Source of the DNA: Octopus sinensis
Lineage: Eukaryota
Direction of reading: 5' to 3'
Length of the DNA: 64,000 nt
Assembly (NCBI RefSeq): GCF_006345805.1
Contig: NC_043009.1
Span: forward strand, 46,500,001 to 46,564,000
The notes below the pieces were generated by a model. It saw nothing but the letters and a program-made list of their open reading frames with translations. It searched no databases and was not told the origin of the DNA. Within the stretch, counting starts at the first letter, position 1. Each line of letters starts with the position of its first letter. This document shows, piece after piece, positions 1 to 12,443 of the stretch. The translations under genes were made by a program, and so were the position numbers.

Positions 1-88
1 CTCCCTCTCAGATGATTGAATAATCAGACTATGGAACCACAACTCAATATGATCCACACGCTTGACTATTCTAGAAACGGCTGTAAGG

Positions 89-170
<82 letters not shown>

Positions 171-260
171 GCACGCACTTAGATAGATATACACACAGAC
201 GCGTACACTCACGGACACACACAAACACAAACTCAGGCACACATGTGCACACACACGCGC

Positions 261-293
<33 letters not shown>

Positions 294-305
294 CTACATG
301 CATAC

Positions 306-362
<57 letters not shown>

Positions 363-860
363 TCAACCCCATTCTGCTTGGAAGCTATGTTCGAGTATTT
401 AATAGTGTCTTTCAAAATGTGCTTAAAGAATATCTGTTTAATAGTTTCTAGATTTCATATTTCATATCCGAAGGATTTCGAATGAAATTCGCGTAAGCAC
501 GTGATGTATGGCGAGCCAATTATTCACTCAAACGTCCACGCCTCTCTTTCACCCACAGCATTTCGCTGTTTGATTAAATAACTGTGAAAATGGCGCATAC
601 ATTAAAACTACTACCACCATTGTTGCGAACTATGTACACCACCAAACATCATGTATATCTTAGGCTCGTACACAGCCAAAATCTCACTACTAAATATTAT
701 CCAACGTTAGCTTATTACAGCTGACCAACAATGACTGTCCGAGTTGGTATTTAGACGTTTTAGAGAAGTTTATGAGGAGGATTTGATAATAACTGATAAT
801 CCTGGCTTGTTTCATAATTGTCCGAACATAATTTCAATATGAAGAAAGGTAAGCTATAAT

Positions 861-1285
861 TATTTGGGTTTGCTTTGAAGAAGAAAAATTTTTGTAACGA
901 TAAACCGCTCGCAGGGCGACCAATAAAATAAACTTTCTTTACGGACGATGACATGATAGATCATGCCCATCTCTATGCACTTATTTTCATCTGAAGTGGT
1001 AACAATGGGGAGTGATTTGAAATGACGCAATAATTACTTCCTACTGGATTATAATCTTAGTTTGTCAAGGGAGACTATTCATAGGGGAATAGTCGCTGCA
1101 ATATCAATATGTTATAGAAATCACAAAGTCATTTTTCTGTCACTCGGATCCTTAGTCTGAAAGGTATTTTGATGTGTGTGTGTATGTGTGAGTTTCTGTG
1201 TGCGCGTGTGTATGTATATATAATGTGTGTGTGTGTAGTGTATGTATATAGTGCATGTATATATATATATATATATTATATATAG

Positions 1286-1330
<45 letters not shown>

Positions 1331-1372
1331 TATATATATATTATATATATAGTTGTGTATATATATTATATA

Positions 1373-1411
<39 letters not shown>

Positions 1412-1598
1412 CATTTGCTTCAGTCATTTGACTGCCCTCATGCTGGAGCACCGCCTTTAGTCGAGCAAATCAACCCCAGAACTTATTCTCTGTAAGCCTA
1501 GTACATATTCTATCGATGTCTGTTGCCGAAACACGAAGGTACGGTGACGTAATCATATAAACATCGTTGACAGGCGATGTTGGGAGGGCAACATATGC

Positions 1599-1640
<42 letters not shown>

Positions 1641-1963
1641 ATATATATAATATATATATATATACATATATACGACAGGCTTCTTTCAGTTTCAGTCTAC
1701 CAAATCCACTCACAAGGCTTTGGTTGATCCGGAGCTAAAGCAGAAGACACTTGCCCAAGGTGCCATGCTGTGGGACTGAACCCGGAACCATGTGGTTGAT
1801 AAGCAAGTTACTTACCACACAACCACTCCTGCGCCTATATACCTCCCACATATATATGCGTATGTATGTATATATATATATATATACGAACACACACACA
1901 TTTGTATATCGAGGGATATACCGTTGTAGCTTATGTATAAGCATGCATGTCTCTCTCTTTCTA

Positions 1964-1994
<31 letters not shown>

Positions 1995-2016
1995 TTCTCT
2001 CACTCTCTTTCTCTCT

Positions 2017-2073
<57 letters not shown>

Positions 2074-2280
2074 TATACATATGTGTGCCTACGTGCGTGT
2101 ATGTGTGCGCGTGCGCGTGTATATGTGTGTGTGCTTGAAAACTTGGTAAGATATTTTCTTAATATGAAACCAATGGTAAACTTTATATGCATATAAAGAA
2201 TCTTTGTCCACCAATGCGGTACTGAGCACTCATTCTTATTGTTTAACATTTACGTGTATATATATATATATCTATGTATG
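861..2280 (+). repeat. Local segmental duplication copy A (unique ~340 bp + microsatellite + SINE + flank); copy B at ~8960-10975
   Basis: ttt(g)ggtttgctttgaagaagaaaaatt...ggatccttagtctgaaaggtattttg and ...gagcactcattcttattgtttaacatttacgtg occur in the same order at both sites. Confidence 0.9.
1411..1835 (-). mobile_element. tRNA-derived SINE (octopus OK-type), split by an internal (TA)n expansion
   Basis: Reverse complement starts ggcgcaggagtggttgtgtggtaag (A box)...ggttccgggttcagtccc (B box) and ends gcggtgctccagcatg..cagtcaaatgactgaagc. Confidence 0.85.
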
Positions 2281-2353
2281 TATGTATGTTCATGTCTGGA
2301 TTAACTACATTATACATTATATATATATATATATAATATATATATATATATAT

Positions 2354-2388
<35 letters not shown>

Positions 2389-2744
2389 TATATACTAAAA
2401 GAGCTATAGCATATATAATTTTACAGTTTTAATTTGGGATAGTAATGAAAGCAAATATATCAACTCAGAAAACTATATCTAAGCTATTCAGACATTAAAG
2501 CGTTGATTTATTTGCGTATATATTAAGATTCAACAAAACAAGACTGAATATATTACAGGCTTCTGTTGTTAAAGGAAAGTTTGGAACCAAAATATGTAAG
2601 ACTGATGAAAGAGGCTAAACAAAGACACAAGCATCTTTATTACTTCAGGTAAGTAGCAGGCAATACAGCAACAAAAATTAGCAAAACGAAAGAAAAAGTA
2701 AACGGAATATAAAATTATTTTAGAGATGATAGAGAGCTGCGATT

Positions 2745-3428
2745 TTCATTTCATTTGAGTTTGAGTCCATGCTCAGGCCAAGTCGAAGACTCCACCCTCA
2801 GAGTCTGGTGTGGTTGCCAGGTTGTGTTCTCTGTTTAATTTTGACATGTGTAGGAGCGAGTTTGAGTCAGTTTGTGCTCGTTGTGTATATCCTGGGAGAT
2901 GGGGTTCATCTCTAATGGTGCTTAAGTATCTATCCAGCTGCAATTTGAATGATTCCACACTGCATCCTGATAGATTTCTGACATGTACCGGAATTGAGTT
3001 GAATAGTTGTGCTCCTCGAACCAACAGACTTGATTCTCGCAGGGTTTTTGCTGCCTGGCCAGCCTTTTTGTTGATTGGTGGTAACTGGCAGCGTCCTTCC
3101 GTGGGGCAGTGAGTGGTAGGTTTTGATACCAAAGTTTGGCACCTTTTGCTCTATCATTTTCCAAATGTATATATTCGGTATCGCTCAAATCTTCTTTCTA
3201 TTGAGTACATCCTCAGGTTTTGAGTCTTGGCCAATAGTCCAGGTCCCTCGTTTCTGAGAAGTATGAGGTAAAATTCTTTGGAGCGATTCCATCTTAGATA
3301 GTTGGCCCTTTGTTGTTGGTGACCACAATTGAGAACAGTAGTCAATCCTCGGAAGTATCATACTGTTCCAGAGTGTTTTCATTGTTGAGGTATCTCTTGA
3401 TCTGAAGGTGCGCAAGATCCACCCGCTA
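2745..3428 (-). mobile_element. CR1-clade LINE 3' fragment (RT C-terminal region, frameshifted)
   Basis: ORFs with LPRIDYCSQLWSP and RGAQLFNSIP...FKLQLDRYL...DEP, homologous to the C-terminus of the 28.9-29.8 kb ORF; short repeat tail (aaactc/aaatg). Confidence 0.85.
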
Positions 3429-4304
3429 TTTAAATAATAGCGAAGAAGATCGACACTTTTTCACAAATGTATGTCTTTTATGTAAGTTTAAGTATTGCAT
3501 CTTTTGCCCACCTCATATTATAGAAAGAAGAATCATCACTTGTTTTGGTGAAGTTATTAAAGGGTGATGACAGAGAGTAGACTGCTCATCTCATATAAAC
3601 TATAGTGCAAACTTACAGCTCTTTTGTTAAAAGCTTACCGAAATTGAATTTGTTTTCCATTATTTAGTGGTCAATAAAATTAGCATTAATATATTGAAAT
3701 TGACGCAAATATTTATACCCTATTTGTTTTATAATATCATTTAACTAAAACCGGAATGGATACCACTGTAAATTTGGTAGTTTGGCTCGTTTTCCGTATG
3801 AATATGTATGTGCTATGCATATGTATAATCATATGCATATATGTACATACCGCCATTTATGTGTCATAAAATATGCATTTACCCTGTTGGAAAGTGGGAT
3901 ACCAATTTATTTTATTGATTTCTTTATTTTTAGAAAAAAATCTCCCCGTTGACACAATATACATCGGAGGAGGCAAACATCGTTTGAGCTGTGACTCACG
4001 AGAACCGAACAACAGGTGATGAACGTGTGCACCGCATTATCCATCCACAAGTAGGGCAAAACGCGTCTATCGTTCTCGTGAGTCACTGCTGCGACGGGGA
4101 TCACCTCGTTCGTTCCGATACATATTTTGTATTTATAACATATCTTTGAAAACATTTTCATTCAGACAAGGAATAAAAATCACACAAAAAAACAAACAAC
4201 AAACAGCATTATACACTTCCACGGTGTATATAGATTTGATATGATACACAAGTGGCAACTTGACTTTATCGCCGTTTCAATTACGTTCACCGAATGTATG
4301 TATG

Positions 4305-5205
4305 TAGGAGGAGGTACCCAAAAGAAACAGAATTTTGCAATATCCCTTTATTCACTTAGTTTTACATGTTTACACTTTTACCACCTTCAAAGTATTCTCC
4401 ATTTGAAGCAATGCATCTGTCCAGACGCGTTTTCCACCGTTCGAAGCAATATTGGAACTCTTGTGAAGTGTAGACTTTTAAAGTCTCCGTCGTGTTTTTG
4501 TTTTTTTCATCACCTCCTCCACATCTGCAAATTCCCTGGCACCAGCTAACATCATCAGTGAGGATCTTCGAATAAAGGTCCGGATCAATTTCCAACTGTT
4601 CTTTGAGTTCATGACTGCTTTTGACCATCCGTGAGCAGGCGATGCACAAATTTTTCTACAACTCTTATCATTCGCAATTTCTCGCTCATAATTCGTTGGC
4701 AGGAGTTCCAGGACACACCAACCAGTTATATCAACAAGTTCGTCAATTGTTCAGTGACAGTCCTGCAAGTTCAGTTCATGAATTTTTGTAATGTTTTCAT
4801 TCGTTTGGGAGGTCTACGACCGTCCTGAACGAGGTTGGTCTTCAAGTGACAATTGACTATTTCTAAGCATGAAGGTCATTCATAAACTTGTTTTTATTTT
4901 TGGTTATGGCAGCGCCTTTGTAAGTTGTTTGAAGTGTGAAAACTGTTTCGGCCACCGTTTGCCGCAGTAGAAAACAGAATTTCACAGACGCACACTGTTT
5001 CTTTGCTTCAGCCATCGCAAAAATCGACGAACGGAGAAGCACTGTGAAACAAAGACGCACTACGTGGCAGTACGACCAAACGCGACGACACCGGTCGGCA
5101 TCTTGATGCCTGAGGGCCACATCAAGTGATGTCTAGCGGCAGAAGCCAGAACTACAACGGGCTTGTCCCACACAGAACGTTTCCAGTTACTTTTCGGTAT
5201 GTAAT
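4305..5205 (-). mobile_element. Internally deleted mariner-family DNA transposon
   Basis: N-terminal HTH remnant (KQCASVKFCFLL...AET) and C-terminal FERWKTRLDRCIASNGEYFEG motif; degenerate terminal inverted repeats near 4305 and 5200. Confidence 0.8.
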
Positions 5206-5354
5206 ATGCATGTATGCATGCATATGTATACATAATATATATATATACACGCATACATACATGCATATATATATACTATATATATACATATATACATATA
5301 TACATATATATATATAATATATATACATACATATATATATATATATATATATTT

Positions 5355-5398
<44 letters not shown>

Positions 5399-5448
5399 TA
5401 TACATATATACATATATATATATAATATACAATATATATACATATGTA

Positions 5449-5481
<33 letters not shown>

Positions 5482-5559
5482 GTATATATACATATATATA
5501 CATATATATATATATATCTATATATATACATATATATAATATATATATATATATATATA

Positions 5560-5812
5560 GTTTATTTTATAGAAGGAGCTTCTCCAGGACTAGAACTGTT
5601 TCATTAAACAGAAATCATCAGGACTAGTGACAGAATAGTTTTGGCATTTATACATTTTGGCAGGTTCAAAGGGGTGGTGGTGGGGGACTTTTTGGGGTAG
5701 GCATGGCGCAAACTATCATTCTTAGGGAGTGGTCAAAGGAATCAGTGATAAAGTAGATAAAAGAATAAATAGAATAATAGAGTTTTAGGTAAATAAGGAG
5801 ACTCTCACTTAT

Positions 5813-5879
<67 letters not shown>

Positions 5880-6115
5880 CACACACACACATATACATAT
5901 ATATATATATATATATATACATATATACATACACATACACACATACATCCATATACACATGTACATATGCACCCATTTACATACATCTACGTACACACCC
6001 ATATCCATACTCATACATACACTCATATCTCTACCACATATATAAAAAACAATATAATATAATACAAAACCAAATATAAAGGTGGAATACACACCCCCAT
6101 ACACACACGCTCACA

Positions 6116-6155
<40 letters not shown>

Positions 6156-6200
6156 ATAATATAATATACACATATAACACACATACATACCCACACTTAT
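5560..6200 (-). repeat. Inverted local duplication of ~11650-12340 (includes a degenerate HHR element at 5575-5810)
   Basis: Reverse complement matches 11650-12340 through non-repetitive spacers (e.g. ccaaatataaaggtggaatacacacccc / ggggtgtatatcctcctttatatttgg). Confidence 0.85.
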
Positions 6201-6220
6201 ATATATATATATATATATAT

Positions 6221-7072
6221 AATTTCAACAATTGAGGGCAAATTTAATTAATTATTAATCAATTTCACCCAAGTGTTCAGTATGGCAAAGGGACCATTCA
6301 AGGCGAATTCAAATTATTACATTATATAAAAGGGCTTAGTAAATAAATTACTTTGCCGCATACTGAACTCATTAGAAATAGCAGCTAAAAACTTTTTTAA
6401 AGCTATTCTAATACTTAAAGAAAATCTCTCTCATATATAGTGCTTGCTTAATTCAACTCACAAAGTTGGGGGTAAAGGACATCGAAAAATCAAATGCTAA
6501 GGTTATTTGAGACGTACGTTTCAAGATTAGTCAAAACAACACTTCTATCATCAGCTCAGAAATTCCTTGGTTTGGATTTGGAAACACTGAACATAAGAAC
6601 ATACCCTTTCGAGATCTGCTCGTAACTAACAGTGCCAACAAATTCAAATAAGCAGCGAAGAATCTCTGTTCTCCCTTTCCACCAGCGTGGGTTAAAATCA
6701 TCAAACACTATGCTTATTTCGGTAAAATCCGAAGCATTAATCAGAGGGAGATTAATTATAATTTTCAACAATTGAGGGCAAAATTAATTAATTATTAATC
6801 AATTTCAACCAAGTGTTCAGTATGCAAAGGGACCATTCAAGGCGAATTCAAATTATTACGTTAATAAAAGGGCTTAGTAAATAAATTACTTTGCCGCATA
6901 CTGAACTCATTAGAAATAGCAGCTAAAAAACTTTTTTAAAGCTATTTCTAATACTTAAAGAAAATCTCTCTCATATATAGTGCTTGCTTAATTCAACTCA
7001 CAAAAGTTTGGGGGTAAGGACATCGAAAAATCAAATGCTAAGGTTATTTGAGAACGTACGTTTCAAGATTAG
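6221..7072 (-). mobile_element. Non-autonomous Penelope-like/retrozyme-like element (family A), ~1.6 tandem copies of a ~540-nt unit
   Basis: 6221-6532 repeated at 6761-7072 (offset 540); HHR motif in each unit; third copy at 14341-14869. Confidence 0.7.
6508..6558 (-). ncRNA. Type I hammerhead ribozyme motif (family A)
   Basis: rc: UGAG CUGAUGA uag...cuaaucuu GAAAC GUAC GUC UCA; 1 nt shorter than sister copies (GUUCUCA), possibly a sequencing indel. Confidence 0.55.
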
Positions 7073-8422
7073 CATGGATTTCGACCAGGTAGAGGCTGCC
7101 TAACACAGCTCCTGCAACACTATGACTGGGTGTTGAAACAGCTACTAATGGCTCAAATGTGGATGTAATATATCTTGACTTTGCAAAAGCCTTTGATAAA
7201 GTCGACCATGGTATGATCTGTCCCAAACTGCGTGGCTCTCGGCATAGGCGGAAACTTGGAGAGTGGCTGCACAACTTCCTAAAAGACAGAAAAAGGCAGT
7301 TGTGAGCAATGGAGCCACCTCCAGGGAAACGCAAATAACAAGCGGTGTCCCACAGGGCACTGTCTTGGGGCCACTGATGTTCATAGTGGCCCTTTCAGAC
7401 ATGCCTTCAGTTTGCTACGATGACCACCCTTGCTAGCTATGCAGATGACAAAAAGTCTCCCACGCAATACAAAACCCTGAAAATATTGCGCATTGCAACA
7501 TGAGCTGGACCACAATTATAACAGGTGGCTGAGGACAACAAACATGCATTTAATGCAGGTAAGTTCCAGGCCCTGCGCTACTGGCACACCAAAGGTAATG
7601 ACGTGAAGTCTGGATACACTGGCCCAGGAAGATTGCAATCCCTGAGTCAAAATCAGTGCGTGACCTGGGCATTGACATGAGCAATGATGCATCTTTCCAA
7701 ATGCATATTGCTAATCTGGTGATAAATGCAGACGGCTATCTGGATGGATCTCCGAACTTTCAGAACAAGAGAGAAGGAGACACTGATGGTCCTATGGAAA
7801 ACATTTGTCCTCAGCCGCTTGGACTACTGCTCCAACTTTGGTCACCACACAATATAAAACACAGCAGAACTCGAAGCAACTCAGAGAAGCTACACAAAGA
7901 AAATCGTCTCAATGCAAAATGTCAGCTACTGGGAAAGACTGAAGGTATTAAACCTCTTCTCCCTGGAGCGGAGGCGGGAGAGATATGCAGTGATATACTC
8001 TGGAAATCCTGGAGGGTCTTGTCCCAAACTTTGCATTCAAAGTTACTCCAACCGCAGAACGGGGCGCCGCTGCGTGGTGCCAAGGATTCCAACATCACAC
8101 CATCAAAACCAGTCCAGATACTGCAACAGCTGGGTTTCAGAGGACCACAGCTCTTAAACATCCTCCCTAAATGCCTGAGAGACTTACCTGGTGTGGATGT
8201 GGGTTTCTTTAACTAAACTGGATCTCTTCTTGTTGGGAGTCCCAGATGAACCTACCTCACGACAGGAGACACGGATGCGGGCAGCAGCATCGAACTCCCT
8301 TGTTGATCAAGTGCCACGTATCAAGGTGATTCACAAACTAGTGTAGCTCATTCAGCGGTGGTGCCCCAGCATGGCCACGGCCTTCGGGCTAAAACTTTTT
8401 AAGGATTTAAGGATTTTAAGGA
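7073..8422 (+). mobile_element. CR1-clade LINE, 5'-truncated (RT core to 3' end), many 1-nt frameshifts
   Basis: HGFRPGRGCLTQLLQHYDWVL..YLDFAKAFDKVDHG, GVPQGTVLGPL, YADD remnants; 3' motif ggtgccccagcatggcc and (tttaagga)n tail. Confidence 0.9.
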
Positions 8423-8484
8423 TATATATATATATATATATAATATATATATATATATATTATATATATATATATATGTTGGTG

Positions 8485-8499
<15 letters not shown>

Positions 8500-8516
<17 letters not shown>

Positions 8517-8890
8517 GTGTGTGGTGGTGTGTTGTGTATGTATATATATATATATGTGTGTGTGTATAAGTGAGATCTCCTTATTTACCTAAAACTCTAT
8601 TATTTATTTTTCTTTTATCTACTTTATCACTGATTCCTTTGACCACTCCCCTAAGAAGATAGTTTTTCCCATGCCTACCCCAAAAAAATCCCCCCCACCA
8701 CCACCCCTTTGAACCTGCAAAATGTATAAATGCCGAAGCTATTCTTGTCACCTTAGCTTCCTGATGATTTCTTTTGAATGAAACAGTTTCTAGTCCCTGT
8801 AAAGCTCCTTCTATAAAATAAATTAGTTACTCTGCTATGTATTGAGTACCTTATTTACTGTGGTTAACCCCGACTCAACCCGGGACCTAC
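8500..8890 (+). repeat. Direct local duplicate of ~12050-12405, with a family J HHR copy at 8755-8806
   Basis: ataagtgagatctccttatttacctaaaactc...gtggttaaccccgactcaacccgggacctac shared with 12080-12402. Confidence 0.85.
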
Positions 8891-8897
8891 ATATATA

Positions 8898-8957
<60 letters not shown>

Positions 8958-9654
8958 ATTATTTTGGTTTGCTTTGAAGAAGAAAAATTTTGTAACGAAA
9001 ACCGCTCGCAGGGCGACCATAAAATAAACTTTCTTTACGGACGATGACATGATAGATCATGCCCATCTCTAATGCACTTATTTTCATCTGAAGTGTAACA
9101 ATGGGGAGTGATTTGAAATGACGCAATAATTACTTCCTACTGATTATAATCTTAGTTTGTCAAGGGAGACTATTCATAGGGGAATAGTCGCTGCAATATC
9201 AATATGTTATAAACACAAAGTCATTTTTTCTGTCACTCGGATCCTTAGTCTGAAAGGTATTTTGATGTTGTGTGTATGTGTGAGTTTCTGTGTGCGCGTG
9301 TGTATGTATATATATATGTTTGTGTGTGTATGTATGTATATATGTGCATGTATATAATTATATATATATATATATATATATATAGATATATATATATTAT
9401 ATATATATATATATGTATATATATGTGTGTATATATATATATAGATATGTATATATATTATATAAATATATATATAATAATAATAAATATTAGGGAATAA
9501 ATCCAATTTACAGGGAAAAAATCAATTTATGATTAAATCGATTTTATAAAATATTATAATAAATATTTATTAGAGACAAACACTATTTTGCAAATCAAAC
9601 CAATGAAAGACGTAATCAATATATAAATTTTTAATAAAATAGTCAAAAAAACCG

Positions 9655-9697
9655 CCACTACAATCGTTTCTTGTCTTGATCGACAATCTTCAGGTGG
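9655..9697 (-). ncRNA. Type I hammerhead ribozyme motif (family B), inverted copy
   Basis: Exact reverse complement of 9929-9971. Confidence 0.75.
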
Positions 9698-9928
9698 ACT
9701 TCCAATAATTCAGACACTTGCCCAAGGTGCCATGCTGTGGGACTGAACCCGGAACCATGTGGTTGATAAGCAAGTTACTTACCACACAACCACTCCTGCG
9801 CCTATATACCTCCCACATATATATGCGTATGTATGTATATATATATATATATATACGAACACACACACATTTGTATATCGAGGGATATACCGTTGTAGCT
9901 TATAATTTGACACTGAATTATTGGAATT

Positions 9929-9971
9929 CCACCTGAAGATTGTCGATCAAGACAAGAAACGATTGTAGTGG
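9929..9971 (+). ncRNA. Type I hammerhead ribozyme motif (family B)
   Basis: CCAC CUGAAGA UUGUC gaucaa GACAA GAAAC gauu GUA GUGG: 4-bp stem I, CUGANGA core, 5-bp stem II, GAAA, GUA triplet (cut predicted after 9967). Confidence 0.8.
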
Positions 9972-10097
9972 CGGTTTTTTGACTATTTATTAAAATTTTA
10001 TGTATTGATTACGTCTTTCCTTGTTTGATTTGCAAAATAGTGGGTTTTGTCTCTAATAATATTTTATATATATATATATATATAATATATATATTTA

Positions 10098-10332
10098 TTC
10101 TTTCATTTGCTTCAGTCATTTGACTGCCCTCATGCTGGAGCACCGCCTTTAGTCGAGCAAATCAACCCCAGAACTTATTCTCTGTAAGCCTAGTACATAT
10201 TCTAATCTAATGATGTCTGTTTGCCGAAACACGAAGGTACGGTGACGTAATCATATAAACATCGGTTGACAGACGATGTTGGGAGGGCAACATGCATATA
10301 TATATATATATATATATATCTATATATATTAC

Positions 10333-10365
<33 letters not shown>

Positions 10366-10535
10366 CATATATTACGACAGGCTTCTTCAGTTTCAGTCTA
10401 CCAAATCCACTCACAAGGCTTTGGTTGATCCGGAGCTAAAGCATAAGACACTTGCCCAAGGTGCCATCCTGTGGACTGAACCCGGAACCATGTGTTTGAT
10501 AAGCAAGTTACTTACCACACAACCACGCCTGCGCC
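10098..10535 (-). mobile_element. OK-type SINE (duplicate of 1411-1835)
   Basis: Same head, body and tail as the 1.4-1.8 kb copy. Confidence 0.85.
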
Positions 10536-11049
10536 TATATACCTCCCACATATATATGCGTATGTATGTATATATATATATATTACGAACACACACAACA
10601 TTTGTTATCGAGGGATATACCGTTGTAGCTTATGTATAAGCATGCATGTCTCTCTCTTTCTATCTATCTCTCTCTCTTTCTCTGCTTCTCTCTCTCTCTC
10701 TCTTCTCTCTCACCTCTCGCCTCTCTCTCTTCTCTCTATATTATTATAATATATATAATACACACACACATATACATATGTGTGCCTACGTGCGTGTATG
10801 TGTGCGCGTGCGCGTGTATATGTGTGTGTGCTTGAAAACTTGGTAATATATTTTCTTAATATGAAACCAATGGTAAACTTTATATGCATATAAAGAATCT
10901 TTGTCCACCAATGCGGTACTGAGCACTCATTCTTATTGTTTAACATTTACGTGTATATATATATATCTATGTGCGCGCGTGTATGTGTATGTATATATAT
11001 GTGTATGTATATGTATGTATATATATGTATATGTATATATATGTGTATG

Positions 11050-11303
11050 TGGTTTTGTGTCTCGAGCAAGGCACTTTAATTCACGTTGCTCCAGTTCACT
11101 CAGCTGTAGAAATGAGTTGCGACGTCACAGGTGCCAAGCTGTATCGACCTTTGTCGTTCCCTTGGATAACACTGGTGGCGTGGAGAGGGGAGGCTGGTAT
11201 GCTAGCCTTCCATAAAACAACCTTGCCCGGACTTGTGTCTAGGAGGGTAACTTTCTAGGCGCAATCCCATGGTCATTCATGACCGAAGGGGGTCTTTACC
11301 CTT
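11050..11303 (+). mobile_element. 5'-truncated SINE of a second family
   Basis: gagcaaggcacttt...ccagttcactcagctgtagaaatgag core-like segment and ...gaccgaagggggtctttaccctt end; recognised from memory as a common octopus SINE body. Confidence 0.55.
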
Positions 11304-11688
11304 TAGTTATGTGTACGTTTATGTGAAAGTCGGTACACTTATGTATGTATGAATATAACACGTGCGTTTGTGTATGTGTATGAGTGTGCGTGTGTGTGTG
11401 TGTGTGCGTGTGTGAGTGTTTGTGTTCGTATCAGTAGAAGAAAGATAGAAAGGAAGAGAGAAGGGCAATAAATGGTGTCTTTAGGCCGACCAGGCTTGCT
11501 CCCTTGGGAGAGCTGGCCTGGTGGGTCGAGGTCAAAATAAAAATAAAGATAAAGATAAAGATAAAATTAAAATTAGGGAAGGAACGTGTGTGTATGTGTG
11601 TGCATGTATATGTATATGTATGTGTATGTATATATGTATGTATATATATTAATATATATATCTAAGTGTGGGTATGTATGTGTGTATA

Positions 11689-11726
<38 letters not shown>

Positions 11727-11956
11727 TATATAGAGAGAGAGAGAGAGAGATGTGAGCGTGTGTGTATGGGGTGTATATCCTCCTTTATATTTGGTTTTGT
11801 ATTATATTTATATTGTTTTTTTATATATGTGTGTAGAGATATGAGTGTATGTATGCGTATGGATATGGGTGTGTACGAGATGTATGTAAATGGGTGCATA
11901 TGTACATGTGTTATATGGATGTAATGTGTGTATGTGTATTTATGTATGTGTATGTA

Positions 11957-12001
<45 letters not shown>

Positions 12002-12270
12002 GTGTGTGTGTGTGTGTAATATATATTATAATGTGTGTGTGTGTGTGTGTATGTATCTATATATATATATGTGTGTGTGTATAAGTGAGAGTCTCCTTAT
12101 TTACCTAAAACTCTATTATTATATTTATTCTTTTATCTACTTTATCACTGATTCCTTTGACCACTCCCCTAAGAATGATAGTTTTCCCCATGCCTACCCC
12201 AAAAAATCCCCCACCACCACCCCTTTGAACCTGCCAAAATGTATAAATGCCGAAACTATTCTTGTCACCT

Positions 12271-12320
12271 AGCTTCCTGATGATTTCTTTTGAATGAAAC
12301 ATTCTAGTCCTGTAGAAGCT
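12271..12320 (+). ncRNA. Type I hammerhead ribozyme motif (family J), best copy
   Basis: AGCUUC CUGAUGA uUUC uuuu GAAu GAAACA uucuagucc UGUA GAAGCU: 6-bp stem I, 3-bp stem II, 3-bp stem III (ACAG/CUGU in the 8.78 kb copy). Confidence 0.65.
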
Positions 12321-12400
12321 CCTTCTATAAAAATTAAAAGTTACTCTGCTATGTATTGAGTACCTTATTTACTGTGGTTAACCCCGACTCAACCCGGACC

Positions 12401-12443
<43 letters not shown>

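Larger units (their letters stand above)
8960..10975 (+). repeat. Segmental duplication copy B of 861-2280 with an extra ~580-bp insertion (9485-10060)
   Basis: Same ordered unique spacers and SINE (10098-10535); differences mostly single-base indels. Confidence 0.85.

Noticed and set aside
62-485. Many ORFs rich in YI/HT/CV/RE dipeptides here and throughout the window
   Set aside because: Translations of (TA)n, (CA)n, (TACA)n and (GA)n microsatellites; no coding signal.
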